From Waterburya sp. (GTDB lineage: Bacteria > Cyanobacteriota > Cyanobacteriia > Cyanobacteriales > Xenococcaceae), in the NCBI GenBank assembly GCA_965217895.1, contig CBDCJV010000002.1:4000001-4064000 (forward strand): 64,000 nucleotides of DNA, written 5' to 3'. The number at the start of each line of letters is the position of its first letter. Positions within the stretch are counted from its first letter, which is position 1. Under the pieces are notes generated by a model. It was not told the origin of the DNA, ran no database searches, and was given only the letters and a program-made list of their open reading frames with translations. This document shows, piece after piece, positions 40,469 to 50,283 of this stretch. The translations under genes and the position numbers were made by a program.

Positions 40469-40918
40469 ATGAATAGACACGATCCCATAAAACCATGCCC
40501 CGCACCTTGTATTGTAGAGGAGGGAATTTTAGTTAACCAAGATGATATTAAACGTTTATTAGCTGATTTATATAATGTGTACTATGTCCACACTATAGGC
40601 GATCGAGTAAGTAATGAAGGTCAAGGATTAATCCAAGAAATATTTAGCGATAAACATCAATCTACTTTAATTGCTAATCAAAACCTATATATAAATATTC
40701 AAAGTTTTGACTATTTACAGCTAAGTAGATCTACTAGCAACCAAGCTTGTTATGATCTAATTCAAGATAATCGTCAGCTACGTCTTATTCCCACCGTTAA
40801 TCCCAATAAAACTCAGGTTGCCTCTAGAAATATTGATACTGAGACTATTGAAGCAATGGTTGCAGAAGTTTTGTCTGCTCGTTTGGATGTGCAGCTTGAT
40901 GATGAAGAATTCGAGTAA
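40469..40918 (+). CDS. Conserved cyanobacterial hypothetical protein
   Basis: PAPCIVEEGILVN, TLIANQNLYINIQSFDYL, acidic tail. Confidence 0.72.
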   Translation: MNRHDPIKPCPAPCIVEEGILVNQDDIKRLLADLYNVYYVHTIGDRVSNEGQGLIQEIFSDKHQSTLIANQNLYINIQSFDYLQLSRSTSNQACYDLIQDNRQLRLIPTVNPNKTQVASRNIDTETIEAMVAEVLSARLDVQLDDEEFE

Positions 40919-40923
40919 TTGGC

Positions 40924-40988
40924 TAGGGGCGATTCGCGAATCGCCCGTACAATAAATTAGTTAGGGGCGAACGGTGGTTCGCCCGTAC
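40924..40988. repeat. Two tandem REP-like palindromes (TAGGGGCGA...TCGCCCGTAC)
   Basis: TAGGGGCGATTCGCGAATCGCCCGTAC (40924-40950) and TAGGGGCGAACGGTGGTTCGCCCGTAC (40962-40988). Confidence 0.75.
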
Positions 40989-40999
40989 GGTAAAATATA

Positions 41000-42112
41000 G
41001 TGGGATTTTCATTTGAGTGTCAGGCAACCTGTGAGCATACCTATGCTAGAGCAGGAATTTTTCATACACCTCACGGCATTGTCGAAACTCCTCGGTTTAT
41101 GCCTGTCGGTACTTTAGCAACTGTAAAAGGCATTATTCCCCAACAGCTAGAGGCAGCTAATGCCCAAATGATTCTAGCCAATACCTATCATCTTCATTTG
41201 CAGCCTGGGGAAGATATTATAAAAGAGGCTGGGGGTTTGCACAGCTTTATGGCTTGGAATCAGCCAATCTTGACAGATTCAGGAGGATTTCAAGTTTTTA
41301 GCCTCAGTGAAATGCGTCAGATTAGCGAAGCAGGAGTTATTTTTAAATCTCCTCGTGATGGCAGCATGATTAATATTACCCCAGAGAAATCGATTCAAAT
41401 TCAAAATGCTCTTGGTGCTGACGTGATTATGGCGTTTGATGAATGTCCTCCCGCCGATGCCACAAAGGAACAGGTACAAGCTGCTACAGATAGAAGCTAC
41501 CGCTGGTTAAAGCGATGTGTTGAGGCTCATGAAAATACTGACAAGCAAGCTTTATTTGGTATTGTTCAAGGAGGAATACATCTCGATCTGCGGACTAAAG
41601 CAGTTGAACAACTGGCAGCCTTAAGCTTACCTGGCTACGCGATTGGGGGAGTTAGCGTCGGCGAAGATCCTCGGTTAATTAACGCTACGGTGAAGCATGC
41701 TGCGCCCTTGTTACCTATTGATAAACCCCGTTATCTGATGGGTGTGGGAACTTATAAAGAAATGGCGATCGCGATCGCTTCTGGGATAGACTTATTTGAC
41801 TGTGTAATTCCCACTCGTCTTGGTCGTCATGGCACTGCCTTAGTTCAGGGCAAACGCATTAATATTAAGAATGCTCAGTATAAGCGAGATTATCAGCCTC
41901 TAGATGCAGGCTGTAGTTGTTATGCCTGTCAAAACTTTAGTCGTGCTTATCTAAATCACATGGTGCGATCGCAAGAAATACTAGGCTATATTATGTTATC
42001 TCTGCACAACGTGACAGAATTAATTCGTTTTACTCAGCAAATCCGTAGTTCGATTTTTCAAGGTACTTTTACTACGGACTTTGCTCATTGGTTAACCGAG
42101 ATTGAAACTTGA
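41000..42112 (+). CDS. tgt: Queuine tRNA-ribosyltransferase
   Basis: [53 protein letters not shown]. Confidence 0.98.
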   Translation: MGFSFECQATCEHTYARAGIFHTPHGIVETPRFMPVGTLATVKGIIPQQLEAANAQMILANTYHLHLQPGEDIIKEAGGLHSFMAWNQPILTDSGGFQVFSLSEMRQISEAGVIFKSPRDGSMINITPEKSIQIQNALGADVIMAFDECPPADATKEQVQAATDRSYRWLKRCVEAHENTDKQALFGIVQGGIHLDLRTKAVEQLAALSLPGYAIGGVSVGEDPRLINATVKHAAPLLPIDKPRYLMGVGTYKEMAIAIASGIDLFDCVIPTRLGRHGTALVQGKRINIKNAQYKRDYQPLDAGCSCYACQNFSRAYLNHMVRSQEILGYIMLSLHNVTELIRFTQQIRSSIFQGTFTTDFAHWLTEIET

Positions 42113-42144
42113 TTTAGCAGATACAATTTAGCCAAGAGAAAAAA

Positions 42145-42579
42145 ATGAAAACTAAATTAAATCAATTGCACGATCGCGACTTTAACCTTTGGATTGAGGA
42201 AGTGAAAACGGCGATTCAAAATAAAGACGCTGAAGCTATGGACTGGAACAACCTGTTAGATGAAATTGATGACATGGGCAAGTCCGAAAAGCGATCGCTT
42301 GAAAGTTATTTAGAGCTTTTGGTTGCTCATATTCTTAAGCTACAGTATTGGGAGACAGAAAAAGGGCATAACTATAAGCACTGGCAGGTTGAAGTAGTTA
42401 ATTTTCGCAAACGCATCCAGAGGCTACTTAAGCGAAGCCCTAGTCTTAAAACATATATGGAAGAGGTATATCCAGAAATTTATCAAGATGTTGTTGACAC
42501 ATGGCAAATTGAGTTTGATATACCTAAAAAAACGTCAATTTCCCTAAAAGAAATTTTGGCAAAAGACTATTTTGGCTAG
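42145..42579 (+). CDS. DUF29 family protein
   Basis: DFNLWIE, DWNNLLDEIDDMGKSEKR, LLVAHILK, SPSLK. Confidence 0.88.
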   Translation: MKTKLNQLHDRDFNLWIEEVKTAIQNKDAEAMDWNNLLDEIDDMGKSEKRSLESYLELLVAHILKLQYWETEKGHNYKHWQVEVVNFRKRIQRLLKRSPSLKTYMEEVYPEIYQDVVDTWQIEFDIPKKTSISLKEILAKDYFG

Positions 42580-42617
42580 TAAATTCAAGAATGTTCCATG
42601 TTTAATAGTCAATTAAT

Positions 42618-43742
42618 TTGATGACTCCGATTATTACAACTATAGATTTATTAAAGCTAGCTTCTGGTGATGTTTTATCTTTACAGGTATACAAGTTTGT
42701 CGGTGAGCAACCAGGCAAAAAAGCCTACATCCAGTCAAATCTTCACGGTGCAGAAATTGTCGGCAATGCGGTTATTCAGCAGTTAATTGAGTTTTTAACA
42801 GCTTTAGATTCATCACAGCTACAGGGGGAAATTTGGCTAGTCCCAGTGTGTAATCCTTTGGGAGTAAATCAGCGATCGCATTTTTTTTCGACGGGTAGAT
42901 TCAACAGCTACGATGGTAAAAATTGGAATCGTATTTTTTGGGACTATGAAAAGCAGATAGAAGATATAGCAGAGTTTGCCCAGTCACAGCTAGAGAATGA
43001 GCCAGAAGTAATTAGAAATAATTATTTTGCCAAAATCAAACAGGCATGGGAATCAGAATTAGAGCGCATCAAGACACCAAGTAGCGTACCCGTTAGTCGG
43101 CAATATCGCTATAAGCTCCAGTCTTTATGTTTAGATGCCGACTATGTAATTGATATTCATAGCTCTAGTAATCAGGCAATTAACTATACTTTTGGTTTCA
43201 AAGAGAGAATTGCTAGTGCCAAATATCTATTATTAGAATATGGCATCCTAATGGATGAATATGATGGCGATGCCTTTGATGAGGCATTTTTAAAACCCTG
43301 GTTGGCATTAGAAAGAGAGTTGGCAAATTTAGGTAAAGAAATCAAATTTGATCTAGAATCCTGGACATTAGAATTAGGATCGGGCATGGCAATGAATCCC
43401 GCTTCCGTTGCCCTAGGGTTAGCAGGAATTAAAAATTATCTGGCTTATAAACAAATTTTATCCTTGCCAGAGCCAGTCACAACAGCAGCAATTACTTTAG
43501 CTGAGAAGCACAAAATCAACAGCTATTATGCTCCTAGTGGTGGTATGATTCAAGCGAGACTACCTTTGCAAACAAGGGTCAATTCAGGAGATAGAATCTA
43601 TCAGCTATTGAGTTTTAATAAGCAAGGAAAAGCTCCAGAAGTCATTGATATTTGCGCCCAAACCAAGGGAATAGTGTTTGATATTTCTACTAATCAATGT
43701 GTTAATCAAGGTGAATATGTAATGGATATTTTAGATTTATGA
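42618..43742 (+). CDS. Succinylglutamate desuccinylase/aspartoacylase family (M14-like) protein
   Basis: QSNLHGAE, VCNPLG, NWNRIF, VIDIHS, TLELG. Confidence 0.88.
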   Translation: MMTPIITTIDLLKLASGDVLSLQVYKFVGEQPGKKAYIQSNLHGAEIVGNAVIQQLIEFLTALDSSQLQGEIWLVPVCNPLGVNQRSHFFSTGRFNSYDGKNWNRIFWDYEKQIEDIAEFAQSQLENEPEVIRNNYFAKIKQAWESELERIKTPSSVPVSRQYRYKLQSLCLDADYVIDIHSSSNQAINYTFGFKERIASAKYLLLEYGILMDEYDGDAFDEAFLKPWLALERELANLGKEIKFDLESWTLELGSGMAMNPASVALGLAGIKNYLAYKQILSLPEPVTTAAITLAEKHKINSYYAPSGGMIQARLPLQTRVNSGDRIYQLLSFNKQGKAPEVIDICAQTKGIVFDISTNQCVNQGEYVMDILDL

Positions 43743-44689
43743 ATTCTCAATCATTAAATTCAGATAATCTGCAAACTACTATTCCCATCGCTCCAGAAGG
43801 ATTTAAGTCTGGTTTTGTTGCCATTATTGGTAGACCAAATGTAGGCAAATCTACATTGATGAACCATTTAGTTGGACAAAAAGTTGCCATTACTTCCCCC
43901 GTGGCGCAGACTACCCGCAATCGTTTACAGGGAATTTTGACTACACCTCAGGCGCAGATAATTTTTGTTGATACTCCTGGTATCCATAAGCCTCATCACG
44001 AACTGGGCAAAGTTTTAGTACAAAATGCCAAGATGGCTATCAAGTCAGTAGATTTAGTTTTATTTGTGGTAGATAGTTCTACTGATGCTGGTACAGGAGA
44101 TCGCTTTATTTTAGATATTTTAACCAAATTAGATACCCCAGTCATCTTAGGTTTAAATAAGGTTGATTTACAGCCAACTAACTATCAATTTATTGATGAT
44201 ACTTATGCAGACTTGGTTGCCGGTACTAATTGGTCTACGGTTAAGTTTTCCGCGACTACAGGAACAGGAACGGAACAACTCCAAGCAGCTTTAATCGATA
44301 AGTTAGAATCTGGCCCTTATTATTATCCTCCAGATTTGGTCACAGATCAGCCCGAACGCTTTATTATGGCAGAGTTAATCAGAGAACAAATACTGTTACA
44401 TACTCGTCAAGAAATTCCCCATTCGGTAGCTATTACCATCGAAAAGATTGAAGAAACTCCTAAAATAACTAAAGTTAATGCAGCCATTAATATTGAGCGT
44501 AGTTCCCAAAAAGGAATCTTGATTGGCAAAAAAGGCAGTATGCTCAAAACTATTGGTACAGCAGCCAGAAAACAAATTCAAAAGCTAATTTCGGGAAACG
44601 TTCATTTAGAGCTATTTGTTAAAGTAGAACCAAAATGGCGACAGTCTCGTTTGCGTTTGGCTGAATTTGGTTATCAGGTTGAAGAATAG
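43739..44689 (+). CDS. era: GTPase Era
   Basis: GRPNVGKSTL, QTTR, DTPG, NKVD, EIPHS, KH domain. Confidence 0.97.
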   Translation: MNSQSLNSDNLQTTIPIAPEGFKSGFVAIIGRPNVGKSTLMNHLVGQKVAITSPVAQTTRNRLQGILTTPQAQIIFVDTPGIHKPHHELGKVLVQNAKMAIKSVDLVLFVVDSSTDAGTGDRFILDILTKLDTPVILGLNKVDLQPTNYQFIDDTYADLVAGTNWSTVKFSATTGTGTEQLQAALIDKLESGPYYYPPDLVTDQPERFIMAELIREQILLHTRQEIPHSVAITIEKIEETPKITKVNAAINIERSSQKGILIGKKGSMLKTIGTAARKQIQKLISGNVHLELFVKVEPKWRQSRLRLAEFGYQVEE

Positions 44690-44712
44690 GTAATAGGTAA
44701 TAGGTTTTATAA

Positions 44713-44973
44713 ATGCTTGAAGCTGAGATTAAAGTTAAAGTCAAACTGTTTGCTGTCTACCAAGAGGTTTTTGATGCGTCTGAAATAGACTTGATGCTTC
44801 CTGCTTCGGCTCAGGTAAGTGATGTTTTAGCATCATTAATTGAGCAGAAGCCACAACTGGCAAAGTGGCAAGAAGTAACCCGTTTTGGAGTTAACTTGAA
44901 ATTTGTGGAAGCCGACACTTTTTTACAAGAAGGAGATGAGGTTGTTTTGATACCTCCTGTAAGCGGTGGCTAG
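44713..44973 (+). CDS. moaD: MoaD/ThiS family sulfur carrier
   Basis: VKLFA, GDEVVLIPPVSGG C-terminus. Confidence 0.9.
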   Translation: MLEAEIKVKVKLFAVYQEVFDASEIDLMLPASAQVSDVLASLIEQKPQLAKWQEVTRFGVNLKFVEADTFLQEGDEVVLIPPVSGG

Positions 44974-45072
44974 AGACTATTTACAGATTTAATAATAAAG
45001 AGATGAAAATAATTTCCATGTTTACTACTTCTGCCCAGCGATAACAATTATTAATTTAGCCCTCATCCCTTC

Positions 45073-45669
45073 TTAAACACCTTCATTATTTATTACTTTA
45101 AAGCTTTCTAGAGGTTCGACCTGTAAACTATCTTCTCCTAACTTTTCTAGATGAAGTTCCCATTTAGGAGGGTTGCTGACACGGCTATATTTGTAAGATG
45201 CTAAACATTGTTCTTTTTGATTAAAAATATTAAGATTATAACCATATTTTCTAGCTACCGTTCCAAACTGATTAACAAAGCGATAACGTCCTAAATAGTC
45301 GAGCATAGTCCATAATTGCCAATTAACAATTAGGTTTATTTGTTGCCTTTTAGGATAAGCAAGCCAATTTTGTACTAGTTTTCCTCCAAAAGGATCGAAT
45401 TGTTCTGCTGCCCACCAAAAACTGGTTTGCGTATTATCGGAAATAGTTTTTTGTCGCTCAATTTGATTAATATCCTGTTTAATTTTAGCGGTCTTTTGAA
45501 TATTATCTATTGATGAGGAAACTGGTTGAGCAATGCGATTGCAAGCATGAATATAATTTGTATTTTTTGATTGGGCGATCGCAGTTTTAGTCGCTAAAAC
45601 TGCGAATATTATTCCTAAACAAATTAATGAGATACATCTATTCATAAAATTAAAGATGACTAAAACCAA
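45073..45669 (-). CDS. Hypothetical exported cyanobacterial protein
   Basis: Signal peptide-like N-terminus; SFWWAAEQFDPFGGKLV, LDYLGRYRFVNQFG. Confidence 0.68.
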   Translation of the reverse strand: MVLVIFNFMNRCISLICLGIIFAVLATKTAIAQSKNTNYIHACNRIAQPVSSSIDNIQKTAKIKQDINQIERQKTISDNTQTSFWWAAEQFDPFGGKLVQNWLAYPKRQQINLIVNWQLWTMLDYLGRYRFVNQFGTVARKYGYNLNIFNQKEQCLASYKYSRVSNPPKWELHLEKLGEDSLQVEPLESFKVINNEGV

Positions 45670-46097
45670 ATGATTTTCAAGCCATGATCATTGCTCATTT
45701 ATCTAAAAAGTTATTTATTTTATAGGCTGCAATTATGAGTTTATGCAGTGAGAGAATAGTATTAGTAAAATGACCGAAAAGAGAAGACGAAAAGTACAGT
45801 TAAAATTTGTAGTCAGATTAAGTAACTATTCGGTAAGATATAAGTAATACAAACTAAAAGTTACTATACAGAGAATTATAATTAAAAAATTTTCTAACTG
45901 ATAGTTTAACAATACAGTAAAACTCTTATCGCATGAGGACTGTAGAAGATATTTGATTGATTTTAAATGGCTTAATCCCCAAGAAATAACAGTAATGACT
46001 TAGTTGCCAAATTGCGATCGCATCTATTGAGAGAGAAAATAATCTATCTGCATCGATCTCTAGGATGCTCAAATAGGATATACAGATTATCCGTTAC

Positions 46098-46685
46098 TTA
46101 AGGATTAACAGACTGAGTTGACCACGTGCAATCGTTTTCAAGAGTATATATACAGCGTTGTTGAGGATCGCTTTTTAGCTGTAAATGATCGATTTGATTG
46201 GGAATTAATAATAATAAACAAAAGTTTTCTAAAGGGCTATTAGGATCTAAAGGTGGTATATTAAAGGCTGCTTTATCTGCTGCGGGTTGACCAGGATCGG
46301 GCCAAGCAAATTGCGATCGCCCTGAATCGGAAATATCATGCCAAGTAGCTTGACGTGCTTTTTGTAAGTCTGTATCCGTATCTTTAGCGGTAATTAAACG
46401 TAGATTCCCCGCAATCCGAAACTGTTCGCGGGTTTTGGTAAAATACCAGCAAATTTCGCCAATTGCCTGATGTTCAATATCCTGTATCTTGGCACTGCGT
46501 GAATCAGTAATAATTTTTAGGGCGTTTTGCTCATCGTCTAGAAAGCCACGAAATACTACTGTGCGATTAGTCGGATAACCCTCTAGAGTAACCGTAGCCA
46601 ACTGAAAATAGCGAGAAAAAGGCTTAGAACGGTTACGGTGTATGGCACTGGATAAAAGCGATCGCCAGGGAGCAAGCATAATCAA
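46098..46685 (-). CDS. FMN-dependent PPOX-type flavoprotein (Npun_F5749 family)
   Basis: LAPWR, QLATV, PTNRTVVFRGF, TDSRSAK, CWYFTKTREQFRI. Confidence 0.88.
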   Translation of the reverse strand: MIMLAPWRSLLSSAIHRNRSKPFSRYFQLATVTLEGYPTNRTVVFRGFLDDEQNALKIITDSRSAKIQDIEHQAIGEICWYFTKTREQFRIAGNLRLITAKDTDTDLQKARQATWHDISDSGRSQFAWPDPGQPAADKAAFNIPPLDPNSPLENFCLLLLIPNQIDHLQLKSDPQQRCIYTLENDCTWSTQSVNP

Positions 46686-46826
46686 TTAACAATGATCGAT
46701 GAACAATAATCAATTATCGGTTATTAATAGGCTCACTATCAAAATCTTTTCAGTCAGAGATAATATAAATACTGATGAGGCTATTGTTCCTCATCCCTTA
46801 TTCCTCATTCCTCATACTTTAAAAAT

Positions 46827-47279
46827 ATGTCTTTCTCTCAACTGTTCGCTCTTGCCAATCTTTATATTTTGCCCTTTTGGACAATAATGATTTTGTTTCC
46901 TAAATGGGATGTTACAAAAAAGGTGATGGGGTCTTATTTACCTTTTATTCCTTTGATTGGTGCATATCTATATTATTTGGTGGTTACATTTGACTCAGAA
47001 TCGGCTGCTGCCTTGGCAAATCCTCAACTGGCAGATATTGCTCGCCTTTTTGGTGAAGAGGGTGCTGCGGGTGCAGGATGGGTTCACTTTTTGGTAATGG
47101 ATTTGTTTTTAGGACGATGGATTTATCAGCAAGGACAAGAAAAGCAAATCTGGACAGTTCATTCTTTAATCTTATGTCTGTTTTTTGGTCCTGTAGGCTT
47201 GCTTTCTCACATCATTACCGACACTATCTTTGGTAGAAACGATCTAGAGAAGGCTGCAACCGATACGGCGATTTCCTAA
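46827..47279 (+). CDS. ABA4-like (DUF4281) membrane protein
   Basis: LPFWTIMILFP, GWVHFLVMDLFLGRWIY, LFFGPVGLLSH. Confidence 0.9.
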   Translation: MSFSQLFALANLYILPFWTIMILFPKWDVTKKVMGSYLPFIPLIGAYLYYLVVTFDSESAAALANPQLADIARLFGEEGAAGAGWVHFLVMDLFLGRWIYQQGQEKQIWTVHSLILCLFFGPVGLLSHIITDTIFGRNDLEKAATDTAIS

Positions 47280-47284
47280 GTCGA

Positions 47285-47845
47285 TCAAAGATAAGAGCGA
47301 GAATAGCCAAGTAAATAATATAAATCGATCGCAATTACAATTCCTTTTGTCCAGGGTGAATTAAGTAAGCTAAAGACGATGGGATTTACGCCAATCACCA
47401 AAGCCATCTCGATAAATGCCACAATTGCGCCGTAGTGGTTTTTATCCCAGTAGGAGAAAGGACTAATAAAACGGTAATTAGTGAATGGAAAAAAGTGACG
47501 ATGGGCATCATCGTTATGTACGGGCAAATCTAATAGGGAATGGCAAATCATACTAAGGCATAAAATCATTCCTGGTTGCCAATTCAAACGATAAAAAATA
47601 GCTGCACCAATTAAAGCTAAAGGAATAGAGTGAAATAAAGCAACTGTGTTTTGCCAGAAAGGTTCATAATATGCCTCTGACCAAATTTTACCTGGAGGCA
47701 TTTTGTAGATATACTTGGTGACAAAATAAAAGACGAAAATCGGCACATCAGGAAGAATTGCACCAATAGCGATTGCCATATTGTTCTTAGGAGCAATATT
47801 CCCTAAAAAAGCTAAATTGAGAATATAGTGACCAGGAGTATTCAC
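47285..47845 (-). CDS. Membrane protein, metal-dependent hydrolase-like
   Basis: Likely GTG start at 47845 (MNTPGH). Motifs GAILPD, FHS, HSLLDLPVHNDDAHRHFFP. Confidence 0.72.
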   Translation of the reverse strand: MNTPGHYILNLAFLGNIAPKNNMAIAIGAILPDVPIFVFYFVTKYIYKMPPGKIWSEAYYEPFWQNTVALFHSIPLALIGAAIFYRLNWQPGMILCLSMICHSLLDLPVHNDDAHRHFFPFTNYRFISPFSYWDKNHYGAIVAFIEMALVIGVNPIVFSLLNSPWTKGIVIAIDLYYLLGYSRSYL

Positions 47846-47846
47846 T

Positions 47847-48470
47847 TTAAAGAAGAAGCTTAAAGCTTTTGCTACCATGTTTAACTAATAAAGTGCCTGT
47901 ATGCCCCGTTATCAGCCACAAAATTGACCTAGCACCATCACGCCAGCATTTTTCTATAGGTTCGGGAGGATTGCTCGAAGGGACGGCAATAGGCGTAAAA
48001 TCTATACCTCGACTGCCAAAAATAATATCGCCAATTATCTTAGCTCTGGTCATGTGGTTTTCGGAAGTGATTAAATAGACACTATCTATTCCCTGTGCTT
48101 TAAGTTCGTCAACTAAGGTAGTAAAGTTGGTTACGGTATCGCTAGCACGATAATCAAAGTGTAGGCGATCGCGCCTGATTCCTGCATGGGCAAAAATTGC
48201 TTGAGCATATTGCTGAGGGCTACCTGAAGAGATCCAGATTGGTAGTTGGGGATATTGCTGAGCTAGTTTGGCAGCAAAACGTTCTCGCTCTTCATGTCCA
48301 CCTAAAACTAGTAAAGCTTCTGGTGCGATGCCAGATGAATGATTAATTGGTTTGAATCCAACGCAAAGAGAGGCGGAAACTATGGACAAAAACAACAGCT
48401 TTCTAACTTTGCTAAGAGGATTAACTACGACTAAGTTCGATTCTTCTCTGGATAGGAATTTAAAAAACAT
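47847..48470 (-). CDS. YdcF family (DUF218, ElyC/SanA-like) protein
   Basis: Likely start is ATG 48470. Motifs LVLGG, WISSGS, ASDTVTNF, ITSENHMTRA. Confidence 0.87.
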   Translation of the reverse strand: MFFKFLSREESNLVVVNPLSKVRKLLFLSIVSASLCVGFKPINHSSGIAPEALLVLGGHEERERFAAKLAQQYPQLPIWISSGSPQQYAQAIFAHAGIRRDRLHFDYRASDTVTNFTTLVDELKAQGIDSVYLITSENHMTRAKIIGDIIFGSRGIDFTPIAVPSSNPPEPIEKCWRDGARSILWLITGHTGTLLVKHGSKSFKLLL

Positions 48471-48771
48471 AGGCGGAATGACCAGATAACTGTAACTTAT
48501 AGCAAATGATGCCCACAAATTATAAGGATTCAAAAAAGTCTTTGCAGTAATTGCGATCGCAACTATAATAATTCTTTGAAAAGACCTGATCTATTGTAGA
48601 TAGCTTTAAATAAAATGTCTCTATTTGATTTTAATCAACGCTATTTTTAGGCTTCAAGCTTTAAGAAATTGTTTGTAAACACTTTAATATTGGAGTAATT
48701 GAAGTTTTCTTGCTTTACCTCATCATCTTCTCTATCATTAATATTTACTTTACAAGCAGTTTCTAAGACTT

Positions 48772-50229
48772 TTACAAAACTTTTTCTGATTTGGCACAGG
48801 GAGCGAGGAAACCTGAGCGAACTTTATAGGTGTAGCCAAGCTCTGGATGAAACCAAGGAGTATAGGCAAAAGCATAAGGATATAGTTTTGGTAGACAAAT
48901 TTTATCTCCTGGTTCGATTTGAGCCATAATTTCAGGGATAATTTTTTTTTCTTTGAATGCAGCTAGTGTATTGAAGCTGGGGTAAAGATAGATAAAATTG
49001 GTTTTAATACCAACAATAACTAGGGCAATTAAAGAAATTAATCCTAGACGACGGGGTTTAATTAATCGATCTTGATAATTAGTAACCAAGTATAAATTAA
49101 GAGAAATTAAAACTATCATCCAGTACATAAAGTACCTTAATTCGTGGGACTGAGGGAAATTGGCAGCGATTAGAGACATTACGCTTACTAATATTCCCGC
49201 CGTGTAATTGTTGCGGTTAGGATTTCTGGCGATTAGGTAAATCAATAATAAGACTTGGAACAATACATAAGCACCGAAGAAACCTCCCATGCGGTTGCGG
49301 TCTGGATTTTGGCTGTATTGATCGTGATTCCAGTAGGCAGGTTTGATTTCAATAATTGAATAAAACCACCGTTGCGCCTTTGGTGCATTCGCTAAATAGC
49401 CTGGGGCATTATTGTACATCGGTAAGGCATGATTGAGTACTTTGCCTGCAATTTCGATTTTGACGGGATAGAAAGGATTACCGTGAATTATTATATTTTT
49501 GATTGGGGTGGCAAAGATCAATAGAGAAGCAAGTAAAGCCAGGGGAATTGCCTTAAATATCCAAGAAATTAGCTGTTGTTTATTCGAGGAATTATCTAAT
49601 CGCAACCAGACAATTCTGAAGGCAATAAATACTAAGGCAATAAATACTAAAGGCTCTAGCTGCGGTTTGCAGTTTGATGAACCAATTCCAGCTAAAAAGA
49701 TAATTAATAAATCTCTGATACTGGGTAAATCTCGCTGCTTGAACAGTAGATAAGCCATCATAATCATCATTGCCAAAAACACATTAGCAATTAGATCTAC
49801 ATAGCTATTGACCACATGAGCCTGAATTAAAGGCACGGCTAAAAAAGCGATCGCCGATAGATAATAAGCAACCTGGAAATAACGCTTAAGAAAATAGCTA
49901 TATAAAACTAAGCTAAAAAAACCGACCAAATTAGCACTCTGGACTCTTTGAGTAATCAACCATAAAAACCCCTGAAAAAATTCGCCTAGCAGAGGAAAAC
50001 CGCGAAATCTTTCCTCCATATTGATAAACTGCTCTGCTGGTACAATGCCCCAAATCCTGGCAGCATAAGGCAGGTGATAACCCCAGGTATCAAAAGTACC
50101 GTCAACATCAATTACCCCCTTGAGAAATACAGAAATAGCTAAGATTGAAGCGATCGCTTTTAAAACAGTTTCTAGCCCCAGTCGTGATTTTTGAGGCTTA
50201 GAAGTTTTGTTGCTAACATTCGAGTTCAT
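48772..50229 (-). CDS. Polytopic membrane protein, paralog 3 of 3, putative GT-C fold glycosyltransferase
   Basis: Many hydrophobic helices; DVDGTFDTWGYHLPYAARIWG, GFPLL, SYVDL, GNPFYP, NFPQSHELRYFM. Confidence 0.65.
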   Translation of the reverse strand: MNSNVSNKTSKPQKSRLGLETVLKAIASILAISVFLKGVIDVDGTFDTWGYHLPYAARIWGIVPAEQFINMEERFRGFPLLGEFFQGFLWLITQRVQSANLVGFFSLVLYSYFLKRYFQVAYYLSAIAFLAVPLIQAHVVNSYVDLIANVFLAMMIMMAYLLFKQRDLPSIRDLLIIFLAGIGSSNCKPQLEPLVFIALVFIAFRIVWLRLDNSSNKQQLISWIFKAIPLALLASLLIFATPIKNIIIHGNPFYPVKIEIAGKVLNHALPMYNNAPGYLANAPKAQRWFYSIIEIKPAYWNHDQYSQNPDRNRMGGFFGAYVLFQVLLLIYLIARNPNRNNYTAGILVSVMSLIAANFPQSHELRYFMYWMIVLISLNLYLVTNYQDRLIKPRRLGLISLIALVIVGIKTNFIYLYPSFNTLAAFKEKKIIPEIMAQIEPGDKICLPKLYPYAFAYTPWFHPELGYTYKVRSGFLAPCAKSEKVL

Positions 50230-50283
50230 ACTACAGAGATAGTTGCGATCGCCATAATTGTTATGTGTCTAAAATTTATTAGT

